Source of the DNA: Centroscyllium fabricii
Lineage: Eukaryota
DNA length: 64,000 bases
Direction: 5' to 3'
Assembly: GCA_051313645.2 (NCBI GenBank)
Contig: JBNRSN020000024.1
Coordinates: forward strand, 40,920,001 to 40,984,000
Shown: positions 1 through 10,611 of the stretch, one piece after another
Layout: every line of letters starts with the position of its first letter
Position numbering within the stretch: the first letter of the stretch is position 1
Position numbers and translations under genes: made by a program
The notes under the pieces: generated by a model
The model's input: the letters and a program-made list of their open reading frames with translations, nothing else
Told to the model about the DNA's origin: nothing
Database searches by the model: none

Positions 1-82
1 CGCGAACGCCATCTTGGAAAAATTAAAAAGGGCACGAAGCCGCCATTTTGGAGAATCACCAGCCTAGATAAACAGTTTAAAA

Positions 83-409
83 ATGGCAAAAGCTACTAGC
101 TTAGCAGCTTTTGACAATGACATCGAGAATTGGGACACATATATTGACAGAGTCGAGATATATTGCGAAGCTAATAATATTGCAGAGGATAAAAAAGCAA
201 TCACTCTTCTGAACGTGATGGGCACGAAGACATTTGGACTGTTAAAAAGTTTTGCGACGCCAGCAAAACCACTGGACAAAACGTACGCACAGATAGTCAA
301 ATTACTAAAGGACCATCTGAGCCCTACACCGTTAGTAATAGCTGAACGGTTTAAATTTCATCTTGACCATGGAGGATCAGAACAGCAGCTTGGAAGAAAA
401 GGGAAATGA
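83..409 (+). pseudogene. gag: Truncated Gypsy Gag N-terminal fragment
   Basis: ENWDTYIDRVEIYCEANNI...LLKDHLSPTPLVIAERFKFH is typical of the Gag N-terminus of animal Gypsy elements; similarity stops after RFKFH (deletion junction). Confidence 0.75.
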
Positions 410-429
410 AAGCTAGAATACACTGTTAA

Positions 430-748
430 AAACAATAGACCTGTTAAAAACAATTGTAATAATGTATAGGTACTGTTGAGTAAAATGTTAAAACACATGT
501 TGGTAGAAACAATAGACCTGTTAAAAACAATTGTAATAATGTATAGGTACTGTTGAGTAAAATGTTGAAAACACATGTTGGTAGAGAACAATCTTGGAAA
601 CAAATGTAATAAGTTAATCGGTTGTTATGTTAAATTCCAGAATAAGAGCACAGTAAACAAATGTAGTAAGTTAATTGGTTGTTACGTTAAATTCTAGTAT
701 AAGAGCACAGTAAACAAATGTAGTAAGTTAATCGGTTGTTATGTAATT
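430..748 (+). repeat. Local direct repeats in the Gypsy 3' UTR (about 77-bp unit x2, then about 57-bp unit x2.5)
   Basis: AACAATAGACCTGTTAAAAACAATTGTAATAATG... occurs twice; AAACAAATGTAGTAAGTTAATCGGTTGTTA... occurs three times. Confidence 0.8.
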
Positions 749-2385
749 AATAATACCTCACTGTTGTATAATGATATACCTTCCTGTAAAACGAGGGGTG
801 ACATGTTAGCTCAAAGGGGAGGGATGTAGTGTATGTGAGAAGGCATGATTGACAGCTTGTGAACAGCCTGTGAGCCAATGGCAGAGCTGGAATATATGTG
901 GGCTATTTTGTGTATGAGGAAGGGTACTGTAATACCTCTTTGGGCCACTGGGTATAAATAACGCTGCACTAACTGTAGTACTCGGCTTCCACCTGGCCGC
1001 TGATCGAGTAAAGACCTGCTGTTTGTTACAACTCTGTGTCCGAGTATTTATTGTGCCTCACGCACACCTCTGGCTACCACTAGGCACAACAATATTCACT
1101 TTCTGTTATCAGAGTCTGTGGTGTTTATATTCACTGTGTGTTAACAGAGTCTGTGGTGTTTATATTCTCTCTGTGTGTTATCACAGTGTGTGGTGTTTAT
1201 ATTCACTATGTTTGTTATCAGAGACTGTGGTGTTTATATTCACTATGTGTTATCAGAGTCTCTATTGTTTGTCGTAAAATACGACTTACTAAATAATCTA
1301 GGAAGAGTTACTGGTTGGACTTCCAACCAAACCATCAACAGTTACTGGTCGGCCAACTGAGGGCACCTGACCAGGAAGTATAAATACTGGGATTTATGCA
1401 CCAGTTGAACAGAGACACTCTGAAACTTGGATGCTAGTGACTGAACTAGCTTACTGTCTTTATGTTGCATTATAAGTTGAATAAAGCCTTGCTTTATGTT
1501 CACTAAAAGCTTGGTAAATCTTTATTACATCAATTTATTCAACTTAATATCGTCTCCACGCTGGGGTGATTCAGAACAACCAGTTGCAACTTAACCTTAG
1601 GAAGGAATTTGGCAAGGAACTGAATCCATCATGGAAAAACTCCTCAGGCCTGCTCGCCTTGACCTGGAACCGAATGGACCTGCAGCAGCAACAGTATGGA
1701 AGCATTGGTTTTGTACTTTCAGCAACTTTCTTGAAGAATATGAGGCGGATGCCTCTATTAAATTACGAATGCTTATCAACTACGTATCACCGCGCGTGTA
1801 TGGTTATATTGAGGACTGTACAGATTACGACACTGCAATCAAAACTTTATGGCAGTTGTTTGTCAAATCCCTGAATGAAATCTTTGCGTGACACCTACTG
1901 GCCACACCTCGGCAGCAGCCTGGGGAATCACTCGATGAATTCCTCCAGAAACTTCGTAAGCTTAGTAAAGATTGTAACTTTAAGGCTATTTCGGCTGAGA
2001 AGTATCAAGAGGAACTCATCCGTGATTCCTTTATCAATAGAATTGCAGCTCCTTTTATACGGCAGTGATTACTGGAAAATAAAACCCTTGAGTTACAGGC
2101 GGCCTATGACCGGGCGTGCGCTTTGGACCTAGCAAAAAGAAATGCAGACACTTATCTCCTGCCGCATGCACGGGCGATGGCTATCACTAGGAAAGAATTC
2201 TTCGATAGGTCTCGGGCGGAAGATCCCGTTGATGATGACTCTACTCTAACAGATGATGACCTTACCCCCGAGGCCGTCACTGATGCTGACCCCGCCCTAG
2301 CAGCGTCCTGGCAATCAAACAGAAAGTGTTTTTTTTGTGGTAGTACATTTCATTACCGAAAATATTGTCCGGCTCAGAATGTAAC

Positions 2386-2441
2386 ATAGAAACATAGAAA
2401 CTAGGAGCAGGAGTAGGCCATTCGGCCCTTCGAGCCTGCTC
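2386..2441 (-). mobile_element. 56-bp CR1-type 3'-tail fragment inserted in the gag zinc-knuckle region
   Basis: ATAGAAACATAGAAACTAGGAGCAGGAGTAGGCCATTCGGCCCTTCGAGCCTGCTC matches the CR1 tails at 21365, 21679 and 38601; removing it restores PAQNVT-CNYYNKKGHF. Confidence 0.85.
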
Positions 2442-5364
2442 CTGCAACTATTACAACAAAAAAGGACATTTTTGCAAAGTATGCCAGTCGAAAGCCTCTG
2501 CTAACAAGAGAGGCCACTCCCCTCGAGCATACCGGGCGAGAGCTCCTATCAGCTTCACAGCTGCCCTCTATGGAACTGCTTCTCCCCCAAGAAACACTAC
2601 AATGGCTACAGCTGGCAAGGATAAAACTGCCCCTCCCTCTATCACAGCTTTGTTTCCACAAAGTCTGCCCTATGCAGCCACGAAGGTTTCGATCAATGGA
2701 CACACTCTAAACGTATTAATTGACTCCTGCAGCTCTGACAGATTCATCAGTAAGCGGGCTGTCAGCAGGTTAAAACTGCACATTTACCCTTCGGATAGAG
2801 AGGCTGCAATGGCTTTGACGACTTTGACTACCAATTCTGCTGGATTCTGCCTTGTCACTCTCATCCTCAATGGCCACACCTATTCCTCCACCCGGTTTGG
2901 AATCCTCGAGAATTTATGCAGCGATGTGCTTCTGGGGCAGGATTGTAGGAAGCAACACAAGAGACTCACTTTTGAGTTTGGAGGGTCGAGGCCGTTTCTA
3001 AGGCGCCGTTTTGTGCACTTTCGGCGGCCTTGCTCGGCGAACCCTCCTTATTTCCCAATCTCTCACCCCGTTGTAAACCCATCGCCACCAGATCATGATG
3101 CTTCAGCCAGGATAATCAAGCATTTATCGGGATAGAAATTTCTCGCCTCTTAGCTGAGAGGATCATTGAACCATGTTCGGCACCCGAGCGGGCTCATGTC
3201 GTCATTGTGAAGAACTCCTTAAAACCACATAAGAAACATGTATGTATCGACTATTCACAAACCGTTAACCAATATACTGATCTGGATGCCTACCCACTCC
3301 CACGTATAGATGATATGGTCAACAACCTTGTCAAGGACAAGGTATTTTCAACTTTCGACTTAAAAAGCGCGTACCATCAGGTGCCACTGAAAGATTCAGA
3401 CAAGAAGTATACAGCCTTTGAGGCCAATGGTCGGCTTTATCAGTTTCGTCGCCTTCCATTTGGGGTCACCAATGGGGTGGCTGTCTTCCAACGAGCCATG
3501 GATGGCTTGGTCAGGCAAGAGAACTTGACGGATACTTATCTGTATTTGGACAATATCAGTATTGCCGGCCATGATCAGAAGGAACACGACGCCAACCTGC
3601 GGCACTTTTTTGACGTCCTCCGTTGTCGCCACTTAACGTTGAAGGACTCTAAATTAGTGAAATCCGTACCGTCAGTTAATATTCCTAGCTACTGGGTGGG
3701 CCACGGGGTCATTAAACCAGACCCAGAGTGAATTCGTCCAGTTCAGGAGCTTCCTCCTCCTGCAAATCTTGGCACTCTTCGTCGGGCACTTGGCATATTT
3801 GCTTATTATGCAAAGTGGATACATCACTTTTCTGATAAAATACAGCCCCTGCTTCATGTGAAGTCCTTTCCAATAGACGCAACGGCTCTTTCAGCCTTTG
3901 ACCTCCTCAAACGGCTGCTGGAGAAAACCACGCTTCGCTCCATCGATGAGAACCTTCCCTTTGTGGTCGAGTGTGACGCATCAGAGGTAGCGATCTCGGC
4001 TACTCTGAATCAAGGTGGGCGACCTGTGGCATTTCTATCCAGAACTTTGCAGGGTAGCGAGCTCCATCATCCCCCTGTCGAGAAGGAGGCCACAGCTATC
4101 AGCTATCATCGAAGCTGTGCGCCAATGGAGCCATTTTCTTGCTCGGCGTCATTTTACCCTCATAACCGATCAGCGTTCCATGGCCTTCATGCTGGACAAC
4201 CGGAAATGCACCAAAATCAAAAATAACAAAATTCAACTTTGGCGAATGGAGTTGGCTGCCTTTGGATATACTATCCATTTCTGACCCAGCAAAAGAATGT
4301 GGGCCCCGATAACTTCACATGGGCATTCTGCTCTTCAATGTCATCATCAACCCTGGCGGATCTCCATATGGACTTATGCCATCTGGGCGTAACGCGCATG
4401 CTGCATTTTGTGCGATCCAAAAATCTACCATTCTCCACGGAAGATGTCAGAAAAGCTTGCTCCTCCTGCAGGACTTGTGCAGAATTGAAACCACAATTCT
4501 TCCGCCCATCAGACAGCGTACTCATACACGCTATGCAGCCCATGCAACGACTTAGCATAGACTTTAAAGGGCCATTGCCCTCTTCTACACGGAATACCTA
4601 CCTCCTTACGATGGTAGATGAGTATTCGCGCTTTCCCTTTGCCTTCCCCATCCCTAATATGCTTACCTCTACGGTTATCAAATGAATCGATCGTGTCTTT
4701 TCTCTTTGTGGTACGACTAATTTCATCCATTTCGATTGAGGTCCCTGCTTTATGTCTGGTGAACTTAAAAACTATCTCTCCCAACGAGGAATTGCCATGA
4801 GTAAGACAACACCATATCACCCAAATGGCAACGGGCAGGTTGAGCGGTACAACGCCATCATCTGGAACACTGTCCGCCTGGCACTGCGGTCATGCAACTT
4901 ACCCGACCAGCAATGGGAAACTGTGCTCCCCGACATATTACACTCTATTAGGTCGCTCCTATGGCTACTAATGTCACGCCTCATGAGCGATTCTTTAACT
5001 TTCGACGTCGCTCCACACATGGGACATCTCTACCATCATGGTTGGTGGCCCTAGGCCCCGTGCTACTCCCGAGATTCATCCGATCGGCCAAGAATGACCC
5101 TCTCGTGGATGAGGTGGAGCTAACGGAGGTAAACCCCACATATGCACACCTGCGGTACCCTGATGGTCGGGAGTCCACCCGTCTGACTTAGGGATCTGGC
5201 TCCCTGCCCAACCGGTCGCACGGGTCAAATTGAAGAGGGATCCCATGATAATAACACCCTATACCCTTTACGAAGATGACGCAAAACCTGGGACATCGAG
5301 GGATCTGCCGGTAACGACTCAGGATGACGCCAGCTCGGCACCTGTGGGGACCCGCACCCGCAGT

Positions 5365-5532
5365 CACGATATTTCCCATCCTCCACCGGACGATCAAGAT
5401 AACACAGACTCTACCAGCCCACCAGTGTGGGTCAAGAGACCCAGGTGCCACGATATTCCCCATCCTCCACCAGACGATCAAGATAACACAGACTCTACCA
5501 GCCCACCAGTGTGGGTCAAGAGACCCCGGGAC
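5365..5532 (+). repeat. 84-bp in-frame tandem duplication in the integrase C-terminal tail
   Basis: HDI(S/P)HPPPDDQDNTDSTSPPVWVKRPR encoded twice (starts 5365 and 5449). Confidence 0.9.
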
Positions 5533-5661
5533 CAGGACATGGTCCAGGGTGACGTACCTTCTAGTCACAAGCAGAGAGCAAAACGACTACAACTGTTTTT
5601 GGTTCACTTGGTCTACTAAAGGAAGACTGGCCTCCCAAACCTAGGGAGGAAGAATGTCATA

Positions 5662-7636
5662 GAACATAGAATATAGAACATACAGCACTGTACAGGCCCT
5701 TGGGCCCTCAATGTAGTGCCGCGCTTAGTCCGTCTCCGATTATTCCTGTCCCCCCTACTCTTCCTTCCCCTCCATGTACCTATCTATCATCCTTTTAAAA
5801 GCTCCCAGACTGTCCACATCCACTATTTCAGATGGTAGCCTATTCCACTCCCCGACCACTCTCTGTGTAAAGAACTTGCCCCTGCCATCCCTTCTGAATC
5901 TTCCTCCTTGAATCTTGTGCTCGTGCCCTCTTGTTGTCGTTCTTCCCACCCGGGGAAACAGTCTCTGCACGTTTACTCTATCGATCCCCTTCATCATCTT
6001 GAACATCTCTATTAAGTCCCCCCTCTTCCTTCTCCGCTCCAGGGAGAAGAGTCCCAGCTCCCTCAACCTCTCCTCGTACGACTTTCCCCCCATTCCCGGC
6101 AGCATCCTGGAGAATCTCCTCTGCACCCTCTCCAACGCCTCCACATCCCTCCTGTAGTACGGTGCCCAGAACTGTACACAGTACTCCAAGTGTGGTCTCA
6201 CCAGTGACCTGTACAGCTGTAGCATGACCTCCCGGTTCTTAAACTCTATTCCCCTGTTGATGAAGGCCAATACACCATAGGCCTTTTTTACTGCCTTATC
6301 CACCTGGGTGGCAGCCTTCAATGATCTGTGTACATATACTCCCAGATCCCTTTGCTCCTCTGTTTCGCTCAGGACCCTTCCGTTGACCCTATATTCCCTA
6401 TTCCTATTTGTCCTACCGAAGTGTATCACCTCGCATTTCCCCGTGTTGAACTCCATTTGCCATTCTTCAGCCCAGCTCTGCATCCTGTCTATATCCCTCT
6501 GAAGCCTTCTACTTCCTTCCTCCTCATCCACTACTCCCCCAATCTTTGTGTCATCTGCAAATTTGCTGACCCACCCCTCAGTCCCCTCCTCCAAGTCATT
6601 GATAAAGATTACAAACAGTAGTGGCCCCAACACCGACCCCTGTGGCACCCCACTGGTGACCGGTCTCCAACCCGAGTATTGGCCCTCTACCACTACCCTC
6701 TGCTTTCTCTGAGCCAGCCAGTTCTCAATCCATCTCACTACTTCGTTGTTTACCCCGCAACTCCTTACTTTCTTCATGAGTCGACCATGCGGGACCTTGT
6801 CGAACGCCTTGCTGAAGTCCATATATATGACATCAACCGCCTTTCCCTCGTCCACACACTTGGTCACCTCTTCAAAGAATTCTATCAGGTTGGTCAGGCA
6901 CGATTTGCCCTTAACGAATCCGTGCTGACTGCTCCTGATTAATTTGCCCCTTTCTAGATGGTCATAGATCCTGTCCCTCAGGACCCTTTCCATCACCTTT
7001 CCGACCACCGAGGTAAGGCTGACTGGTCTGTAGTTTCCTGGCACATCCCTGCTCCCCTTTTTAAATATGGGAACCACATTCGCCTCTCTCCAGTCCTCAG
7101 GGACTATCCCCGAGGCTAGCGAGGAACTAAAGATAGAGGTCAGTGGCTCTGCGATTTCGTTCCTCGCTTCCCAGAGAATCCTTGGATATATCCCGTCCGG
7201 CCCAGGAGATTTGTCTACCTTCAGTTTCTCCAAAATATCTAATACCTCCCCCCTCTGAATATTTACTTCCCCCATCCTTTCCCCTTGTATCTTGAATTCC
7301 TCCTCTACTTTTAGTTCCCTCTCCCTTGTGAACACGGACGCAAAATATTCATTTAGTGCTTCCCCAATTTCCTCTGACTCCGTGCACATTTCTCCCTTGC
7401 CGTCTTTGATCGGCCCTACTCTTATCCTAGTCATCCTTTTATTTCTTACGTAAGCATAGAAAGCCTTAGGGTTCTCCTTTATCCTTCCCGCTAATGCCTT
7501 CTCATGCCCTCCCTTTGCCTTCCTTAGCCCATTCTTCAGTTCTTTCCTTGCTTCTTTGTACTCCTTTCCCGCCCCTGCTGTACACTGCTTTCTCATTCTA
7601 TCATATGCCTCCTTCTTCTTCTTTACTAATTGTTCC
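5662..7636 (-). mobile_element. 5'-truncated CR1 LINE with an open ORF2 RT region
   Basis: ORF 5755-7630 has KSPGPDG, NYRPVSLTS, QHGF, DFSKAFD, GVPQGSVLGP, FADD, YRSLVRPHLEYC with no stops; TTCTAT-type tail at 5662-5680; near-identical sibling at 48386-49331. Confidence 0.95.
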
Positions 7637-7960
7637 GGAGGGGCAGTACCGAGGGAGCGGCGCACTGTAGAGGGCAGTACTGAGGGAGCGCCGCACTGTC
7701 GGAGGGGCAGTACTGAGGGAGCGGCGCACTGTAGGGGGCAGTACTGAGGGAGTGGCGCACTGGCGGAGGGGCAGTACTGAGGGAGCGGCGCACTGTAGGG
7801 GGCAGTACTGAGGGGGCGCTGCACTGTTAGAGATGCCGTCTTTTGGATGAGACGTTAAACCGAGGCCCCGTCTGCACAACAGTGACTACACTTCAAAAAG
7901 TACTTAATTGGCTGTAAAGTGCTTTGGGACGTCCTGAGGTCGTGAAAGGCGCTATAGAAA
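7637..7960 (+). mobile_element. Deu-domain SINE (DeuSINE/SacSINE1-like) 3' part with internal tandem expansion and L2-like tail
   Basis: CAGTACTGAGGGAG..GCACTGT...GATGCCGTCTTTTGGATGAGACGTTAAACCGAGGCCCCGTCTGC (Deu domain) and GTGAAAGGCGCTATAGAAA tail; six alternating 33/31-bp units at 7637-7828. Confidence 0.75.
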
Positions 7961-8631
7961 AAAAATGTCGTAAAATAAGACTTCCTAAATAATCTAGGAA
8001 CAGTTATTGGTTGGACTTCCAACCAACCCAGGAACAGTTAATGGTCGGCCAGCTGAGGGCACCTGACCAGGAAGTATGAACACTGGGATTTATGCTCCAG
8101 TTGAACAGAGACACTCTGAAACTTGGAGGCTAGTGACTGAACTAGCTTAATGTCTTTATGTTGGATTATAAGTTCAATAAAGCCTTGCTTTATGTTCACT
8201 AAAAGCTTGGTAAGTCTTTATTACATCAGTGTTTATATTCACTGTGTGTTATCAGAGTCTGTGGTGTTTATATTCACTGTGTTATCAGATTCTGTGGTGT
8301 TTATATTCACTGTGTTAACAGATTCTGTGGTGTTTATATTCACTGTGTTATCAGATTCTGTGGTGTTTATATTCACTGTGTTATCAGAGTCTGTGGTGTT
8401 TATATTCACTGTGTGTTATCAGAGTCTGTGGTGTTTATATTTACTGTGTGTGTTATCAGAGTCTGTGTTGTTTATATTCACTGTGTGTTATCAGAGTCTG
8501 TGGTGTTTATATTAACTGTGTGTGTTATCAGAGTCTGTGGTGTTTATATTCACTGTGTGTTATCAGAGTCTGTGGTGTTTATATTCACTCTGTGTGTTAT
8601 CAGAGTCTGTGGTGTTTATATTCACTGTTAT

Positions 8632-8884
8632 TGTTGTGTTGTGTGGTTAGCACTATAACTACTCGGACACAGGTCGATCAACAAACGAAAGGTCTTTACT
8701 CGGCCAACGCCCAGGTGGAAACTGAATACAACTTGCAGTACAGTGCTATTTATACGAGGTGGCCTAAAGAGGTATTATCGTATTCTTCCGCCATGCACTA
8801 AATAGTGCCGCTCTGTTATAGGCCCATAGGCTGTCCATCATATGCCGAATCACATACATCATCCGCCTTATTACATACACTACA
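8632..8884 (-). mobile_element. Solo LTR related to the LTR at 825-1091
   Basis: Minus strand reads TGTAGTGTATGT...CACAACA; shares CCTCTTT.GGCCAC, TATAAATA, GAGTAAAGACC and TGTGTCCGAGTA with 825-1091; perfect 5-bp TSD GTTAT. Confidence 0.88.
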
Positions 8885-9195
8885 GTTATCAGAGACTGTG
8901 GTGCTTATATTCACTCTGTGTTATCAGCGTCTGTGGTGTTTATATTCACTGTGTTATCAGAGTATGTGGCGTTTATATTCACTGTGTGTTATCAGAGTCT
9001 GTGGTGCTTATATTCACTGTGTTGTCAGAGTCTGTGGTGTTTATATTCACGCTGTGTGTTATCAGAGTCTGTGGTGTTTATAGTCACTGTGTATTATCAG
9101 AGACTGTGGTGTTTATATTCATTGTGTGTTATCAGAGTCTGTGGTGTTTATATTCACTGTGTGTTATCAGAGTCTGTGGTGTTTATATTCACGGT

Positions 9196-10003
9196 GGGGG
9201 AATTTTTAAAAAGCTGTGGGAAGCTGGCGGGTTTTGGGTGGGTCAGTTTTCTGTCCTGCCCGCCCAAGGACCTGGGAGGTCCGAGCGATTTTGGTTCAAG
9301 TAGCCAAATAAATCGCCGCCGAACTTTCGGCCTTCCAATACACAGTAATGGGCGGGAACATAGCCCTTTACATTCACAGTTTGAGTTGGGCGGGCTGTTG
9401 ATTGACAGGCCTGAGTAGTAAGAACGCAATCAGCTTGATTGACATTCTGAAGTGTTGCCTTTGTTTCTATGTTTACAAAGCCATGTGAGTCAGACGATGA
9501 AAGGAACACTTGAAACCACAAAACAAACAGTTGAAGTGAGTCACTGTTTGTTTGTGGTTTCAATGGAATGTAAACAGAAACTGATCCCTTGGGTGATTGA
9601 CAGCTGGGCTCACAGACAGTGCAGCAGCATGATCTCCGTTGAATAGGAGCGATTTGAAGATAAATGATTTCAAGGTTTTGGGCTCTGAAGTTTCTCACCC
9701 TTGGGTGGCAGCTGCACCTCCACCCAAGTGTGGAGGCTAGCAAGCTGCTGTGTGGGTGCTGTGCCCATGCCTTGAAGGTGGCAGACACCCAGCTGCTTGG
9801 GTTCCCACCACCTTTTTCACGGCAGGGTTTTCACCAGGCGGGTTTTGGGTGGGAAGAGGGCTAAAATAGCTGAGGGCCCTAAATAGAGGATTAGCCATCC
9901 AATTAAGGGCCCTCAATGACCTCAATCTGTATCCATGCCGGATTGGAATTTTAGTAACTGACCCGCTGAAACCCGCACTCAGGGACATCCTAAAATTCCT
10001 CCC
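9196..10003. mobile_element. Non-autonomous DNA transposon (MITE), PIF/Harbinger-like
   Basis: Ends GGGGGAATTTT / AAAATTCCTCCC; satellite continues in register on both sides with a 3-bp duplication (GGT/TGT). Confidence 0.7.
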
Positions 10004-10525
10004 TGTGTGTTATCAGAGTCTGTGGTGTTCTGTGTGTTATCAGAGTCTGTGGTGTTTATATTGACTGTGTGTTATCAGAGTCTGTGGTGTTTATATTGAC
10101 TGTGTGTTATCAGAGTCTGTGGTGTTTATATTTACTGTGTGTGTTATCAGAGTCTGTGGTGTTTATAGTCACTGTGTGTTATCAGAGTCTGTGGTGTTTA
10201 TATTCACTGTGTGATATCAGAGCCTGTGGTGTTTATATTCACTGTGTGATATCAGAGTCTGTGTTGTTTATATTGACTGTGTGGCGGCACGCCCACTAAG
10301 ACATCGAATCCGCCATGGGGACTCCGCGGAGCAAAGCACCGCTCATCCGGGTGATGCGACGACGTCACCACGTCGGCCGACGCGATGACGTCACCAACCG
10401 CGGGACTGTTTAAATACGATTGCTGCGAGTGGTTCACTCTCTTTCTTGTTTTGACTTAGTGTAATAAAGCTGTGTTTTCTCTAGCTCTGGCTCACGTGTG
10501 GTTCCTAGGCCTGCCGGCGCTACAG

Positions 10526-10537
10526 TGGTGACCCTGA
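10526..10537 (+). promoter_or_regulatory. Primer-binding site complementary to the tRNA-Trp 3' end
   Basis: TGGTGACCCTGA, 1 nt after the LTR end, versus TGGTGACCCCGA expected for tRNA-Trp. Confidence 0.8.
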
Positions 10538-10611
10538 ACTGGAACGACTTCCAGAGAAGAAAAGCTGCCGCAGGATCTGGGACCACCAGCCAAAGACTTT
10601 TTTTAGAAAAC

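Larger units (their letters stand above)
1..1091 (+). mobile_element. Internally deleted (non-autonomous) Gypsy LTR retrotransposon, 3' part; 5' LTR lies outside the window
   Basis: Gag-like ORF 83-409, no pol, AT-rich repetitive 3' UTR, polypurine tract AAAGGGGAGGGA (813-824), then a TG...CA LTR 825-1091 with TATAAATA and AGTAAA; satellite begins immediately after. Confidence 0.8.
1631..5619 (+). pseudogene. gag-pol: Disrupted gag-pol polyprotein of Gypsy element 1270-8228
   Basis: Fragments MEKLLRPARLDLEPN, CFFCGSTFHYRKYC, LIDSCS (PR), YPLPRIDD/YLDN (RT), VECDAS (RH), SIDFKGPLP/GQVERYN (IN); several stops and frameshifts. Confidence 0.9.
1270..8228 (+). mobile_element. Decayed full-length Gypsy LTR retrotransposon (relative of 32182-36702) with nested insertions
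   Basis: 263-bp TG...CA LTRs at 1270-1532 and 7966-8228 (17 differences by my count); TSD TTGTT/GTGTT; PPT GGGAGGAAGAA 5644-5654; disrupted gag-PR-RT-RH-IN colinear with the 1327-aa ORF. Confidence 0.93.

Noticed and set aside
5755-7824. 689-aa ORF as a novel repeat-RT fusion protein
   Set aside because: The N-terminus is the antisense of a SINE minisatellite that happens to be in frame with a truncated CR1 ORF2; no endonuclease domain or promoter evidence.
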